A stretch of 63,588 nucleotides of DNA, counting the filler, from Nemertoderma westbladi (lineage: Eukaryota; Animalia; Xenacoelomorpha): the NCBI GenBank assembly GCA_032718475.1. It is 4 parts of 4 records of this genome, joined end to end, with 100 filler letters (N's around TTAATTAATTAA, not from the genome) between each part and the next. Parts side by side here need not be neighbours in the genome. Positions count along the whole stretch, not along the records: positions 18,557 to 37,260 come from JAUCBJ010000758.1; positions 37,361 to 58,424 come from JAUCBJ010008208.1; 2 more parts are not named here. The stretch is one strand, 5' to 3'. The notes below the pieces were generated by a model, which made no database searches, had not been told where the DNA came from, and worked only from the letters and a program-made list of their open reading frames with translations. This document shows, in pieces, positions 25,910-39,076 of this stretch (within the stretch, counting starts at the first letter, position 1; every line of letters begins with the position of its first letter). Both the position numbers and the translations under genes were made by a program.

Positions 25910-27378
25910 AGGTTATCCCTTCCGTCCATAAATCATTTCCAAGTAGTATGGAAGCGTTGCCGCTTTCCATTATTAATTTCATATTCTTACTATTGTTGTG
26001 GATCCTTGTGGTTATCCGGTAAACTTTTGCACCCCTTTCCTCAATGTAGGAAACAACCTCATCCTCTGTGTGCCCCCGATGTATCCCATTTACAAAGTAC
26101 ACAGTCCTTTGCCGTGTGTGTTGGTCTGCTGCCCTGAGTTTGATATTGTGATTGTCGTGTTCACCTCGGTGTTTATTGTGCACATGATTCGTTGATGCAG
26201 AAACACCCCGGGCAGCATCCTGATTCTCCTTCAGTAAGCAATCACTTGATTCATGGAATGGCATCGGTTGTATGTTATCATGGTTGCTGTGACTTGTCAA
26301 TCCATTCAGTACTTCATACCGATTATGTACCGGAATACTATTGTTAATATACTGTTTACGGGGGGCTGGGGAGGAGATTCGATGGCGGCGTGAGTGATGG
26401 GTCCTGCTCTCCTTGCTGAAGGACATAGAGGAAGCTGCATGTAACGGTAAACTTGTGCTTTCCGAGTCTACACCACTGACTGGGTGATTTTGGTAGGGTT
26501 GGGTTCTGTCTTTGTTGGCTGCATTGGCGATGGAAAGGTTTGGTGTCCCAATCGTTTTGTCATCCCCACTACAAGAGGCAGAGTCAACAATTATCAGGTT
26601 CTCTAGATCTTCATTCATGTCATCAGGGATATACAAATGTTCCAACTCCGTATTGGTAGAGACGGCTTCGACATTGCAAGTTTGTGGAAGTTGGTAGGAA
26701 GTTCTATCAGGAATATTGGATTGTGTGTTAAACTTATTAAATTTGTGTTCTAATATCATCCTTATGCGTCTTTCATGGCCTAATTCTTCTTTAAGATTGT
26801 TGAAATCTTGTTTCAGAGTGTCATACTGTGTTTCATTCCTACACATACGGGTTTGAAGAACCGCTATTGTGTTGATGATGTCCTGTCGTAGTCTTTCCAA
26901 TGAGATAGTTGAGTCCTCAATGCTTGTGTCTTTCTTGAGGCGGCGCTTACAGCTGTCCGTGAAGCAGTTGTCTTCTTTACTTCTATAGAGTTCATATATG
27001 TCCATGGCCATCTCTTTATCAGATGCTCTAGATCGTAATTGAAGTGTAGCGCAGTTGATAGGAGTCATTAGGTATTTCACGTCTGTAAATAATTGTTCCC
27101 TCAACAAGATTCGTTGGTCTATTGGAAGTTTAGTAATTAAGCGAATTGCATCATGGCGAGGATGTTGGACAATTTGATGCAGGGGGGACCCATCCATCAA
27201 TTTGTTTAATACTGACCAGTGATTATTCTCAGATGAGTCATCTTTGTTGTTCAGGGTGCTCACACTAGGTGTATCTATAATAGGCCTTTGCAATGGGGCC
27301 ACGTTTGAAATTCGTGCGGTATCTATTTTCACTTCTGAGACGCTCTTTTCTATCCAGTTACGCAACTGAGTGGAGTCA

Positions 27379-30205
27379 GGGTAGGTGTAAAACGCGGATC
27401 CGGATCCGGATTCAGGATCCGGATACGGATCAGGACCCGGATTGGCGAGTGTAAAAGGCGGATCCGGATTTACATACAATCCGTAACTGAGTGTAATATG
27501 CGGATTCTGAAATACGCAATCCGTATTGCAGTGTAAAACGCGGATTCATATATTTTGTGAATCCGGAATGGAGTGTAAAATACGGATTTACGTTAATTAC
27601 CAAGTTTTGTTGGATCCGGAATGGAGTGTAAAATACGGATTTTCGTTAATTACCAAGTTTTATTGGATCCGGAATGGAGTGTAAAACACGGATTTATGTT
27701 AATTACCAAGTTTTATTGGATCCGGAATGGAGTGTAAAACACGGATATTCGTTAATTACCAAGTTTTGTTGGATCCGGAAAGGAGTGTAAAACACGAATT
27801 TTCGTTAATTACCAAGTTTTGTTGGATCCGGAATGGAGTTTAAAACACGGATTTTCGTTAATTACCAAGTTTTGTTGGATCCGGAATGGAGTGTAAAATA
27901 CGGATTTTCGTTAATTACCAAGTTTTGTTGGATCCGGAATGGAGTGTAAAACACGGATTTTTGTTAATTACCAAGTTTTGTTGGATCCGGAAAGGAGTGT
28001 AAAACACGGATTTTCGTTAATTATTAAGTTTTGTTGGATCCGGAATGGAGTGTAAAACACGGATTTTCGTTAATTACCAAGTTTTGTTGGATCCGGAATG
28101 GAGTGTAAAACACGGATTTACGTTAATTATCAAGTTTATTGGATCCGGAATGGAGTGTAAAACACGGATTTATGTTAATTACCAAGTTTTATTGGATCCG
28201 GAATGGAGTGTAAAACACGGATTTATGTTAATTACCAAGTTTTATTGGATCCGGAATGGAGTGTAAAACACGGATTTTCGTTAATTACCAAGTTTTGTTG
28301 GATCCGGAATGGAGTGTAAAACACGGCTTTACGTTGATTACCAAGTTTTAATGGATCCGGGAAGGGGTGTAATACGCGGATTCAATTTATTTACCAAGTG
28401 TTACTAGATCCGGGAAGGGGTGTAAAACGCGGATTGATTCAGGTTAATTACAAAGTGTTACTGGATCCGGGAAGGGATGTAAAATGCGGATTTACGTTAA
28501 TTACTGAGTTTGTTAATGAGGGACACAACTATTAATGAGGGACACACATTAATGAGGGACACAAACATTAATGGGGGACACCTTAATAGTTAATAGACAC
28601 CTTAATAATTTGTCTATGTCTAGGGGCCACACATAAGCTTAATCCGGCTCTGGGGGACACCTTAATAGGGGTCAATGCTTCCCAATGAATTATTAATAAG
28701 GGCGGTGGTGATGCTTGGCCGTCAGACATTATTAGATATTGATTAGCTGAAAAACTATACTACCGTGGGAACGTGACCTCTCTGGTAGAGCGGCTCTGTA
28801 GACAATTGTAAGGTAGGAATACTGTCCTGTTCCCTGATTGGCTTATCCATCCCAACCTCCCTTACAAACAAGAATCACTGTTCTGCCTAGCTGGCGGTAG
28901 TTTGTACTGCATCATAGCGTACTCTATTTAAGGCCTTGCAAGCGTGCTGCCTTCCTAATTTATGGAGGCTGAACTGTTCAGTATAATTTCTTATTTAATT
29001 TCTTATTAAACATGGATGACAGTGATGACTTTGTAAAGGTTCCATTTACGGGATTCGTTATTCCGAGTCCAACCAATGATACAGCCATTGTTGAGCCGCT
29101 TGAACTCACTACGCAAACATCGTGCACCCCGAGACCGGAGAAGAAAAAAACCAGGAAAGTCAGCAAGCCAAGAAAAGTTACTAAAGAACAATAAACATTG
29201 CACTAATTAATAATTGTAACTAGATGAGGGTCTGGGTCTTTATTGCATATGCGTTTTACAAATTGTTCATTAAAACTTACTAATTAACTTGAATCCGCGT
29301 TTTACACCCCTTCCCGGATCCAATAAAACTTGGTAATTAACATAAATCCGTGTTTTACACTCCGTTCCGGATCCAATAAAACTTGGTAATTAACGTAAAT
29401 CCGTGTTTTACACTCCATTCCGGATCCAATAAAACTTGGTAATTAACGTAAATCCGTGTTTTACACTCCATTCCGGATCCAATAAAACTTGGTAATTAAC
29501 GTAAATCCGTATTTTACACTCCATTCCGGATCCAATAAAACTTGGTAATTAACGTAAATCCGTGTTTTACACTCCATTCCGGATCCAATAAAACTTGATA
29601 ATTAACGTAAATCCTTGTTTTACACTCCATTCCGGATCCAATAAAACTTAGTAATTAACGTAAATCCGCGTTTTACACCCCTTCCCGGATCCAATAAAAC
29701 TTGGTAATTAACTAGAATCCGCGTTTTACACCCCTTCCCGGATCCAATAAAACATGGTAATTAACTTGAATCCGCGTTTTACACTCCATTCCGGATCCAA
29801 TAAAACTTGATAATTAACGTAAATCCGTGTTTTACACTCCATTCCGGATCCAATAAAACCTAGTAATTAACGTAAATCCGCGTTTTACACCCCTTCCCGG
29901 ATCCAATAAAACTTGGTAATTAACTAGAATCCGTATTTTACACCCAATCCCGGATTCAGTAGAAAAATGAATCCGCGTTTTACACTCCGTTCAGGATTTA
30001 GCCTAAAACATGAATCCGCGCTTTACACTCCGTTCCGGATCTGAAAAAAAGGCCAATCCGCATTTTACACTCGGTTCCGGATTCGGTAAATTTAGCAGTG
30101 CGCGGATCCGCAGATTACACCCTAAAAATGTAAATTCAGTCGACTTCCATAGGGACAATGTTAAATGATAGAATCCGGATCCGGATCCGCGTTTTACTCT
30201 GACCC
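27379..30205. mobile_element. Non-autonomous foldback DNA transposon (Mutator/FB-like) with a 9-bp TSD
   Basis: TSD GTGGAGTCA at 27370-27378 and 30206-30214. TIRs of about 35 bp, GGGTAGGTGTAAAACGCGGATCCGGATCCGGATTC, and an imperfect reverse complement. Inverted arrays of a 53-bp unit at about 27560-28505 and 29277-29960. Confidence 0.92.
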
Positions 30206-30214
30206 GTGGAGTCA

Positions 30215-30890
30215 GTATGTTCCGGGCCAATAATTTTGGTGTCAGTTGCAAGGGCAACAGCATATAAGCAAACAAAGCCACCACAGTCGAAATGATTTTT
30301 TTAATTGGGGAATGATCGTTTATACTTCATATCCACCTTCCAATCAGCCGGAATTCCACGAACCTTATTTATTAAATTTAATATATTACAGATAGATTCT
30401 GAAATGACGTGGTCAGATTTAACTGTGTCTAAGCTGTTGAGAGAATATACCCTTTTCTCCTTCTGATCTGCCACATGCAAAATAAAATGTTTCCTACGAC
30501 AGTCGGGGAAAACCATAAGTTGTATACTGGTAGGGTCACACCTGTTTGTAATATACGATATGGCGCTCGCCGTGTCAAATGTGTCCTGCCGCAGCTTTCG
30601 GCAGAGGGTTGAATCTATACAACCTATGGAATCAGTTTGCCGCTGCAAAATGGACAGAAACGAGTCGACAATTAATGTTGAGAGGAAATTCTCATCTTCG
30701 AAATAGTCCCAGTCGGGATCGCTGGGCTTCAGTAGAACTAAGCCTTGAGCATCTGGTAACATGGTTGCTGCTAACACCACTGCTTCCTCATTGAAGCCTT
30801 CGCTAACATCTGGAAATACATGAACCGATTCTTTTAATTCCATACCAATGTAACTATTTGGATTACGAATTGGCAGAGCGTTGTTAAGAG
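30215..30890 (-). pseudogene. Ulp1-like protease domain of LINE copy 2 ORF1
   Basis: FLSTLIVDSF...FPDCRRKHFILHVAD...SLNS...PN*KNHFDCGGFVC. A TAA at 30301-30303 sits where element 1 has the oxyanion Gln. Confidence 0.85.
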
Positions 30891-31809
30891 TGTTGTAATG
30901 ATGACGTCTGAGTCACTGCCTGGCACATGGATTGTTTTTGCACAAACATTGTTGGGGCAGAAATAAGGTGCTGTTGCCGATAATACTGAGTGTGGAGAGA
31001 CGTTGGCGGAGTGGGTTACCGGTGGTGTCGTTGATTGAGGTGTAGGTGTAGATTGAGTATTGAGTGACGTTTGTGAGTGGGTTGCTGGTGGGGAGATTGT
31101 TTGAGATGTGGGTGTTGGTTGTAACTGGGTCATGGGTGTTGGTTGAGAAGCAGGTTTAGGCATAGGCCTCGTAAGTAAATGAGTTGCTGGTATGGTCTTC
31201 TGTTGGGACGAGGGTGTGATTTGAGATAATGGTGTTTCTAACGGCATTGGTTGATTTCTTTTAGAAACTTTATTTTTGTGCTTTGTAGCCTTCTTTTTTT
31301 GCTTTGTTGCCTTTATAGGCCTCTCTTGTGAAGTTTGGGAGCGACCATTGCTTCTCGTGTGAGGCCTATGTGTGTGTGTTTTATCGTTGAGTGTGGGTGA
31401 GTGTGCTGGATGAGTGTCCTCGGGTATTGTTGGGCTATAGTCATTGTCCATTGTCAGGTCTGAATTAGATGAGGAGACAGTGTGGGATGATGTAGTGGTG
31501 TGTAAGTCTAGCGTCTTAGTGGATGTGTAGACTAACTTACAAGAGCTGTATACAGGTACATCAGCATTATGTACACCACTATGTATTGGTAAAGTGTTAA
31601 CAACAACCCCCGTAGTTATACAGTTATTTTTCTCACCAATATCCGATGTAGTGGAAGCTGTTACCATAGTTGTCGTAGCAGTTTTGCGACTGCAGGCAAG
31701 ATTGCCATCAATGCCTCCCCAGCCCAGGTCACTGGCTGTACGGATTCCCGAACCTAACTGAGCCGGGGTTGCCATTACTAAATGTAGATTCGAAGGTACT
31801 CGGTATGAA

Positions 31810-34730
31810 TGTTCCTCTGGGCTCCTCGTCGCCCCGGCGGACTCCCGGATTGTCATCGACTCGAAGGGATCGGCAGGGTTCGACTTGGTGGGTTCCTCCG
31901 GGCTCCTCGTCGCCCCGGTGGACTCCCGGATAGTCATAGACTCGGAGGGATCGGCAGGGTTCGACCTGGTGGGTTCCTCCGGGCTCCTCGTCGCCCCGGC
32001 AGACTCCCGGATCGTCATCGACTCGGAGGAATCGGCAGGGTTCGACCTGGTGGGTTCCTCCGGGCTCGTCATCGCCCCGGCGGACTCCCAGATCGTCATT
32101 GACTCGGAGGGATCGGCAGGGTTCGACCTGGTGGGTTCTTCCGGGTTCCTCGTCGCCCCGGTGGACTCCCAGATCGTCATCGACTCGGAGGGATCGGCAT
32201 GGTTCGACCTGGTGGGTTCCTCCGGGCTCCTCGTCGCCCCGGCGGACTCCCGGATCGTCATTGACTCGGAGGGATCGGCAGGGTTCGACCTGGAGGGTTC
32301 CTCCGGGTTCCTCGTCGCCCCGGTGGACTCCCGGATCGTCATCGACTCGGGGGGATTGGCAGGGTTCGACCTGGTGGGTTCCTCCGGGCTCCTTGTCGCC
32401 CTGGTGGACTCCCGGATCGTCATCGACTCGGAGGGAACGGCAGGGTTCGACCTGGTGGGTTCCTCCGGGCTCCTCGTCGCCCCGGCGGACTCCCAGATCG
32501 TCGTCGACTTGGAGGGATCGGCATGGTTCGACTTGGTGGGTTCCTCCAGGCTCCTCGTCGCCCCGGCGGACTCCCAGATCGTCATCGACTCGGAGGGATC
32601 GGTAGGGTTCGACCTGGTTGGTTCATCCGGGTTCCTCATTGCCCCGGCGGATTCCTGGATCGTCATCGACTCGGAGGGATCGGTAGGGTTCGACCTGGTG
32701 GGTTCCTCCGGGTTTCTCGTCGCCCTGGCGGACTCCCGGATCATCATCGACTCGGGGGGATCGGTATGGTTCGACCTAGTGGGTTCTTCCGGGTTTCTCA
32801 TCGCCCCGGCGGACTCCCAGATCGTCAACGACTCGGAGGGATCGGCGGGGTGGGACCTGGTGGGTTCCTCCGGGTTCCTCGTCGCCCCGGGGGACTCCCG
32901 GATCATCATCGACTCAGAGCGATCGGCAGGGTTCGACCTGGTGGGTTCATCCGGGTTCCTCGTCGCCCCGGCGGACTCCTGGATCGTTATCGACTCGGAG
33001 GGATCGGCAGGGTTCGACCTGGTGGGTTCCTCCAGGCTCCTCGTCGCCCCGGCGGACTCCCGGGTCATCATCGACTCGGAGGGATCGGCAGGATTCAATC
33101 TGGCGGGTTTCTCCGGGTTCCTCGTCGCCCCGCCGGACTCCCTGCTCGTAATTGACACGGAGGGATCAGCGGGGTTCGACCTGGTGGGTTCCGCCGGGTT
33201 CCTCGTCGCCCCGGCAGACTCCCGGATCGTCATCGACTTGGAGGGATCGGCAGGGTTTGACCTGACAGGTTCCTCCGGGTTCCTCGTCGCCCCGGCGGAC
33301 TCCCGGATCGTCGTCGACTTGGAGGGATCGGCAGGGTTCGACCTGGCGGGTTCCTCGTCGCCCCAGCGGACTCCCGGATCGTCGTCGACCCGGAGGGATC
33401 GGCAGGATTCGACCTGGCGAGTTCCTCCGGGTTCCTCATCGCCCCGGCAGGACTCCTGGATCGTCGTCGACTCGGAGGGATCGGTATGGTTCGACCTAGT
33501 GGGTTCTTCCGGGTTCCTCATCGCCCCGGCGGACTCCCAGATCGTCATCGACTTGGAGGGATCGGCGGGGTTGGACCTGGTGGGTTCCTCCGGGTTCCTC
33601 GTCGCCCCGGCGGACTCCTGGATCGTTATCGACTCGGAGGGATCGGCAGGGTTCGACCTGGTGGGTTCCTCCAGGCTCCTCGTCGCTCCGGCGGACTCCC
33701 GGGTCGTCATCGACTCGGAGGGATCGACAGGATTCAATCTGGCGGGTTTCTCCGGGTTCCTCGTCGCCCCGCCGGACTCCCTGCTCGTAATTGACACGGA
33801 GGGATCAGCGGGGTTCGACCTGGTGGGTTCCGCCGGGTTCCTCGTCGCCCTGGCGGACTCCTGGATCGTTATCGACTCGGAGGGATCGGCAGGGTTCGAC
33901 CTGGTGGGTTCCTCCAGGCTCCTCGTCGCCCCGGCGGACTCCCGGGTCGTCATCGACTCGGAGGGATCGGCAGGATTCAATCTGGCGGGTTTCTCCGGGT
34001 TCCTCGTCGCCCCGCCGGACTCCCTGCTCGTAATTGACACGGAGGGATTAGCGGGGTTCGACCTGGTGGGTTCCGCCGGGTTCCTCGTCGCCCCGGCGGA
34101 CTCCCGCATCGTCGTCAACTCGGAGGGATCGGCAGGGTTCGACCTGGTGGGTTCCTCCAGGTTCCTCGTCGCCCCGGCAGACTCCCGGATCGTCATCGAC
34201 TCGGAGGGATCGGCAGGGTTTGACCTGACAGGTTCCTCCGGGTTCCTCGTCGCCCCGGCGGACTCCCGGATCGTCGTCGACTTGGAGGGATCGGCAGGGT
34301 TCGACCTGGCGGGTTCCTCGTCGCCCCAGCGGACTCCCGGATCGTCGTCGACCCGGAGGGATCGGCAGGATTCGACCTGGCGAGTTCCTCCGGGTTCCTC
34401 ATCGCCCCGGCAGGACTCCCGGATCGTCGTCGACTCGGAGGGATCGGCAGGGTTCGACCTGGCGGGTTCCTCCGGGTTCCTCATCGCCCCGGCGGACTCC
34501 CGTATCGTCGTCGACTCAGAGGGATCGGCAGGGTTCGACCTGGGTTCCTCCGGGCTCCTCGTCGCTCCGGCAGACTCCCGGATCGTCGTCGACTTGGGGG
34601 GATCGGCATGGTTCGGCCTGGTGGGTTCCTCCGGGTTCCTTGTTACCCCGGTGGACTCCCGGATCGTCGTTGACTCAGAGGGATCGGCAGGGTTGGGCCT
34701 GGTGGGTTCCTCCGGGTTCCTCTTCACCCC
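31810..34730. repeat. GC-rich 81-bp minisatellite (about 36 units) with a 963-bp higher-order duplication
   Basis: Unit GGGTTCGACCTGGTGGGTTCCTCCGGG...GAGGGATCGGCA gives a 27-aa repeat RESAGATRSPEEPTRSNPADPSESMTI on the minus strand. Identical sub-ORFs at 33230 and 34193. Confidence 0.95.
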
Positions 34731-35987
34731 GCTGGCCATGTTGGTTGGTGGGCCTATTCCAGAGCCATTCAGATGACAGCCGGTTCTCTTTTTTTGTTGA
34801 TATCAACCATACATAAAATATGTTCAAACAAAAATAATGCTTATTATTTTTACTTTTATTATTTTAGTTTACTTAACTGTGGTAATTACATTGCAAGTCT
34901 TACAATTCATGTTACTATTCATGTCATTTTTTGAGAAAGTTTGACTGGCCCATTTGTTTGAAAATTGATTTATTAAATTAAATGAACGGGAAAAGGGCCA
35001 CCTTTACTATCATAAAGAATGAGATGATTTACATTAGGGCCACAAATATACATCATTTACAATGGCCCATTTGCATCCAAATTGATCTTACAAATAAACT
35101 GAACTGTAAGAATAAAGAGAAATAAGATAGGGCCATTGAGTTATATAGGTACACTATACCTACATATCTCACTATATAGATATACAAGTTGGCCCTTTCG
35201 CTCGTTTTTTCATCTTTATGTATGTATATTAAAATGGTATATGTAGGAACATATATACACAAGATATGTAGATATACTAATTCCCTTTTTACTTCCATTC
35301 TGTGTTATATAGGTACATAATACCCTTCATTTCAAAGATACATATCTATGGCCCTTTAGGCCGAACGTACATATATATATATATATATATCTAAATAATG
35401 CAGCCAAATCTCATCGTCATATATGTCTTTATTCAATTTCCATTTTCTCGAATTTAGCTGAATATTTTTTTCTAATTTTTCTAATAGACGTAGAGAAAGG
35501 AATTTTCTACGAGGCCAAAACATATTTGGATCATAAACATTAAATCATTCAAAGAAAATTGGAATATATATATCGCCATATATATATATATATATCCCTT
35601 ATATATATAATATACTAGATGTATAACTTTTTTTGTGGTTCTTTGGCTACAAATATACAATATATGTATAATGGCACCCTATGCTGCTCGCATTCTATAT
35701 TGTGTTTAGAAAAACCACTTTCAGTTAAAATTACATTTCCGTGATAATTGGGTTAATGTACTGTACCTAAAAGCGAAATACATTACCGTATAATACTGCA
35801 GGTATCGATGCCATACAGTATTACTTGTTACATGAAGTACTGTATATAGGTAGGGTGAGTGAGGGAGACTTGAACCCCAAAAGTTATAATAGCTCTAAAG
35901 AGCAGATAAATAAATTTGTCAATGCCGTTTTAACTTTTTCACATTACATTTATGATTGCTATCACTATGTCAGAGTTTGAGAACTTC

Positions 35988-36780
35988 AAGGACGCAGAAG
36001 TAGTAGATATCCGGCAACTACAGTCACAGACACCGAATTCGCGGATGACATCGCCCTGCTCTCTAATACGCTAGCAGATGCACAGCTTCTACTAAATAAA
36101 GTGGAGAGGGCTGCTAAGGAGGTTGGATTGCATATAAATGCTACCAACTTCATGACTTTTAATGTTGATGGAAACTTGACATCCATTGATAATAATCAAC
36201 AAAGGAAGGTTGACGACTTCCAGTACCTAGGATCATGGATAGAGAGTAGCAAAAAGGACATAGAAGTTAGGAAAGCAAAGGCTTGGGTAGTCTATTGATA
36301 CCATCTGGAAATCAGATCTCCTCCAGGCACCTGAAGACTAAGTTCTTTGGAGCAACAGTGGAAAATGTATTTTTATACGGGGGTGAGACCTGGACACTGA
36401 CTAAATCACTTGAACAACGAATTGATGGTTGCTACACAAGACTACTAAGGGCAGCCCTAAACATCAGCTGGAGACAACACATGACAAATGCCGGGCTTTA
36501 TGGTACAATACCACATGTATCAACCACCCTCCGTGAACGCAGATTAAGATTCAGTGGGCACTGCTGGCGAAGTAAAGACGAGGTCATACCAGATCTACTT
36601 CTCTGGCAACCAACTCATGGAAAGCGTAGTCGTGGACGACCGGCCATAACATATATAGATCAACTTTAAAGGGATACTGAACTCGGGAGAAACGAAATTG
36701 CGACAACTATGGAGAATCGGGAAGCCTGGAAGGATCTCATTTCCATTGTCCGAGATCGCTCGACTTAGTAATAGTAGTAG
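35988..36780 (+). mobile_element. 5'-truncated RTE-group (Proto2-like) LINE fragment
   Basis: RSSRYPA..TDTEFADDIALLS, DDFQYLGSW, LYGGETWTLT, RLRFSGHCWR and RGRPAITY, with an (AGT)n tail. Confidence 0.85.
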
Positions 36781-37360
36781 GTATTGTACCGTAGTTCTTT
36801 CAATCTTAAGAGAACCAAATAATCAACCAGAATTCAATAAAGTTAATTTGTTCTTAAGTCACTTTTTTTGTCAAAGTCGTTAACAATTTTGACAAAAAAA
36901 AAGAATACTTTTTTTGTCAACGTTGAATTAAATTTCAAAGTAATTTCCATGACATTGATTTTTTATACTAGCTAGTTTTTGCTATTTTTTTTTAAATGTT
37001 ATGAACACGTGTTAGCTATCAATTTTGATAAATAATTTTGTTCTAGAACACTTTTTATGTATATGAGTTATTATTTACCAAAATGAACCCCAACACAAAA
37101 TCTATAATAAGCGAAGCGAGATAAAGGAATCATGATTGGGGTGATTTATATTGAGTCAATGCGATAATGAAGATGGTCTGGAGGCGCTACCACCCAGTGG
37201 AAAAGTGCTGGTTATGTGAAGAACATTATATTTACATTATATAGAACTTAAAAGTAATGGNNNNNNNNNNNNNNNNNNNNNNNNNNNNNNNNNNNNNNNN
37301 NNNNTTAATTAATTAANNNNNNNNNNNNNNNNNNNNNNNNNNNNNNNNNNNNNNNNNNNN

Positions 37361-37542
37361 GCATCCGAATTCAGTCTCCCGGGTGTAGATCCATCGGGTG
37401 AATGATCGCGCATGGGCTGACTTCGGCTAATGTTTTGCGTATTAGCATAAATTATTGTCGTATGCTAAAGTGGTTTTAATTAACTAAAAGACATATAAAT
37501 TTTGGCAGGTTAAACTGCTAAAGGTCTTCAAAAGCGCGAACA
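37361..37542 (+). mobile_element. 3' end of an LTR of the same family as 21852-23089 and 49698-50799
   Basis: Ends GGTTAAACTGCTAAAGGTC...AAAGCGCGAACA; its 5' part is lost in the gap. Confidence 0.75.
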
Positions 37543-38050
37543 GTGATTGTTTTGGTTAGAAAAACCCGCATCTGTAACCTGCTCATTTCCCTCAATTGGT
37601 ATATTATTATATATATACCAGTCCTGCAGTCAAGGACTACTTTACTACACTGTTGTACTACACTACTATACTGTACTGTAGTGTAGTAGTCCTTGATACC
37701 AGTATATAGTATATACCGGCACTAGTCAGCTAGTACAACAGTAGTAGGCCTAGTTCTGTAGTTCAGTAGTTAGTATATATATTACCGGTACATGTATTAT
37801 TATAGTATAGTACTGTAGTACTGTCTCAGGGTCTGGCTATAGTAGGCCTACTGTCTGACTATAGTTGGCCTATACCGGTATATAAAAGGTCGGTCCCTAA
37901 AGCAGTAAAGTAGCTACCGTAACCGGCACTCTGCACGTTGCTGAATTAAACAACCAGATTTACTACCGCTACCGGCATCTACTACCTTCAAGAATCAACC
38001 GACACACTATCTGACTACAGGACTATATCAGTATATAGGTAAACAACACG

Positions 38051-38461
38051 ATGGCAGTTAGTACTGGAGTGTCATTCTTACTCTCTCTAACTCTCAGTAT
38101 AGTTCTCTTTGCATCCATGCAGATGTTCCGCGTCACTTTGGCCGAACAACAAGGTCTAACTATCCTGGGAGGGTTTCTAGGATCTAACCTGTTTATCGCG
38201 CTACTAACGGCTCTTAACAACGCAGAGAACATTGTGTTCGGCGGGGGTTTCCAGGCATCTGTGTTCCCGGAAGTGGCTATCTGTCTCGGGTTGGCTATGT
38301 TCTCAGCTAGTTTGGTGCACAGGGTCTCGGTTACAACCTGTCTCGTCTTTAGTTTAGTGGCCCTCTTCTACGTAAACCGTATTAGCTCGAAGGAATACTC
38401 TTTGCCGGAGAGCGCGAGCTCGCAGTACGCGGGGACACACAAGTCGAAGAAATTCCGATAA
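38051..38461 (+). CDS. KRTCAP2: Keratinocyte-associated protein 2 (oligosaccharyltransferase subunit KCP2)
   Basis: 136-aa multi-TM protein with LFASMQMF, TILGGFLGS, GFQASVFPEV and LVHRVSVTTCLVFS, and a C-terminal KKxx ER-retrieval motif (KKFR). TATATAAAA at 37879-37887. Confidence 0.92.
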   Translation: MAVSTGVSFLLSLTLSIVLFASMQMFRVTLAEQQGLTILGGFLGSNLFIALLTALNNAENIVFGGGFQASVFPEVAICLGLAMFSASLVHRVSVTTCLVFSLVALFYVNRISSKEYSLPESASSQYAGTHKSKKFR

Positions 38462-39076
38462 TCTTCGGTTTATTTAACTGTTTACAGTTTATTTTCACCA
38501 CAACCGGGGCGTTATTGGTAGACGTTATCTCTGACCTGGGATGCGACTCGGATTTATACTTAGAAGGCTTTCCTGGTGTGGGTTTTACAGTTTTGCGCGT
38601 TGCGCAGTTGGTTTAAGATGATGTATCAGTAACAGTACTCTGGTAATTGGTGGTTCATAACTTATTTTATTATTATAAAGCTAGACAGTAAATTAATATA
38701 AAGGTTGATCATTAATAAATTGTGTTTCTAAGGCTTGATCAGGGGCGATACGCTGCTGTTAAACATTTGTATTCATAAAACGATAGGCCTAAGTTTATTG
38801 TTTTGGTTCTCTTTGTCCCTCCACCCTTACGCTACTATTCATAGCGATGTGCGTATTGTTTTGGTTCTGTGTCCCTCCACTCGACAATGATGCTACTCTC
38901 CCAAAAATTTGAATATACATCAGTTATTGTTAATGAGTTTTTTATTTATTATATTTATAAAAATAGCGTACTATAAATACTATCTATAGTAAGACTAACA
39001 ATATTTTTTATTTGCAAATTATATAAATTGTGCGAGGCCAATAAGTAGGTGTTGGGTCGAGGCGATATGGTTGGTG

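Larger units (their letters stand above)
23090..34739 (-). mobile_element. Degenerate second member of the Ulp1-LINE family, interrupted by the foldback element and 3'-truncated by the LTR
   Basis: Collinear with element 1: Ulp1 30301-30843 (PDCRRKHFILHVAD), coiled coil/RRM 25776-27378, APE 24620-25570 (IQEHWLD, MDGNADVG, SDHVPV), RT 23156-24532 (GKSPD, YRPIASI, GVKQGS, YADD). Several stops and frameshifts. Confidence 0.92.

Noticed and set aside
27560-28505. Regular 53-bp array as a possible CRISPR
   Set aside because: No unique spacers and a eukaryotic context; it is the arm of a TSD-flanked foldback element.
31885-34776. 963-aa plus-strand ORF as an independent gene
   Set aside because: Non-ATG start; it is only the antisense reading of the 81-bp repeat.
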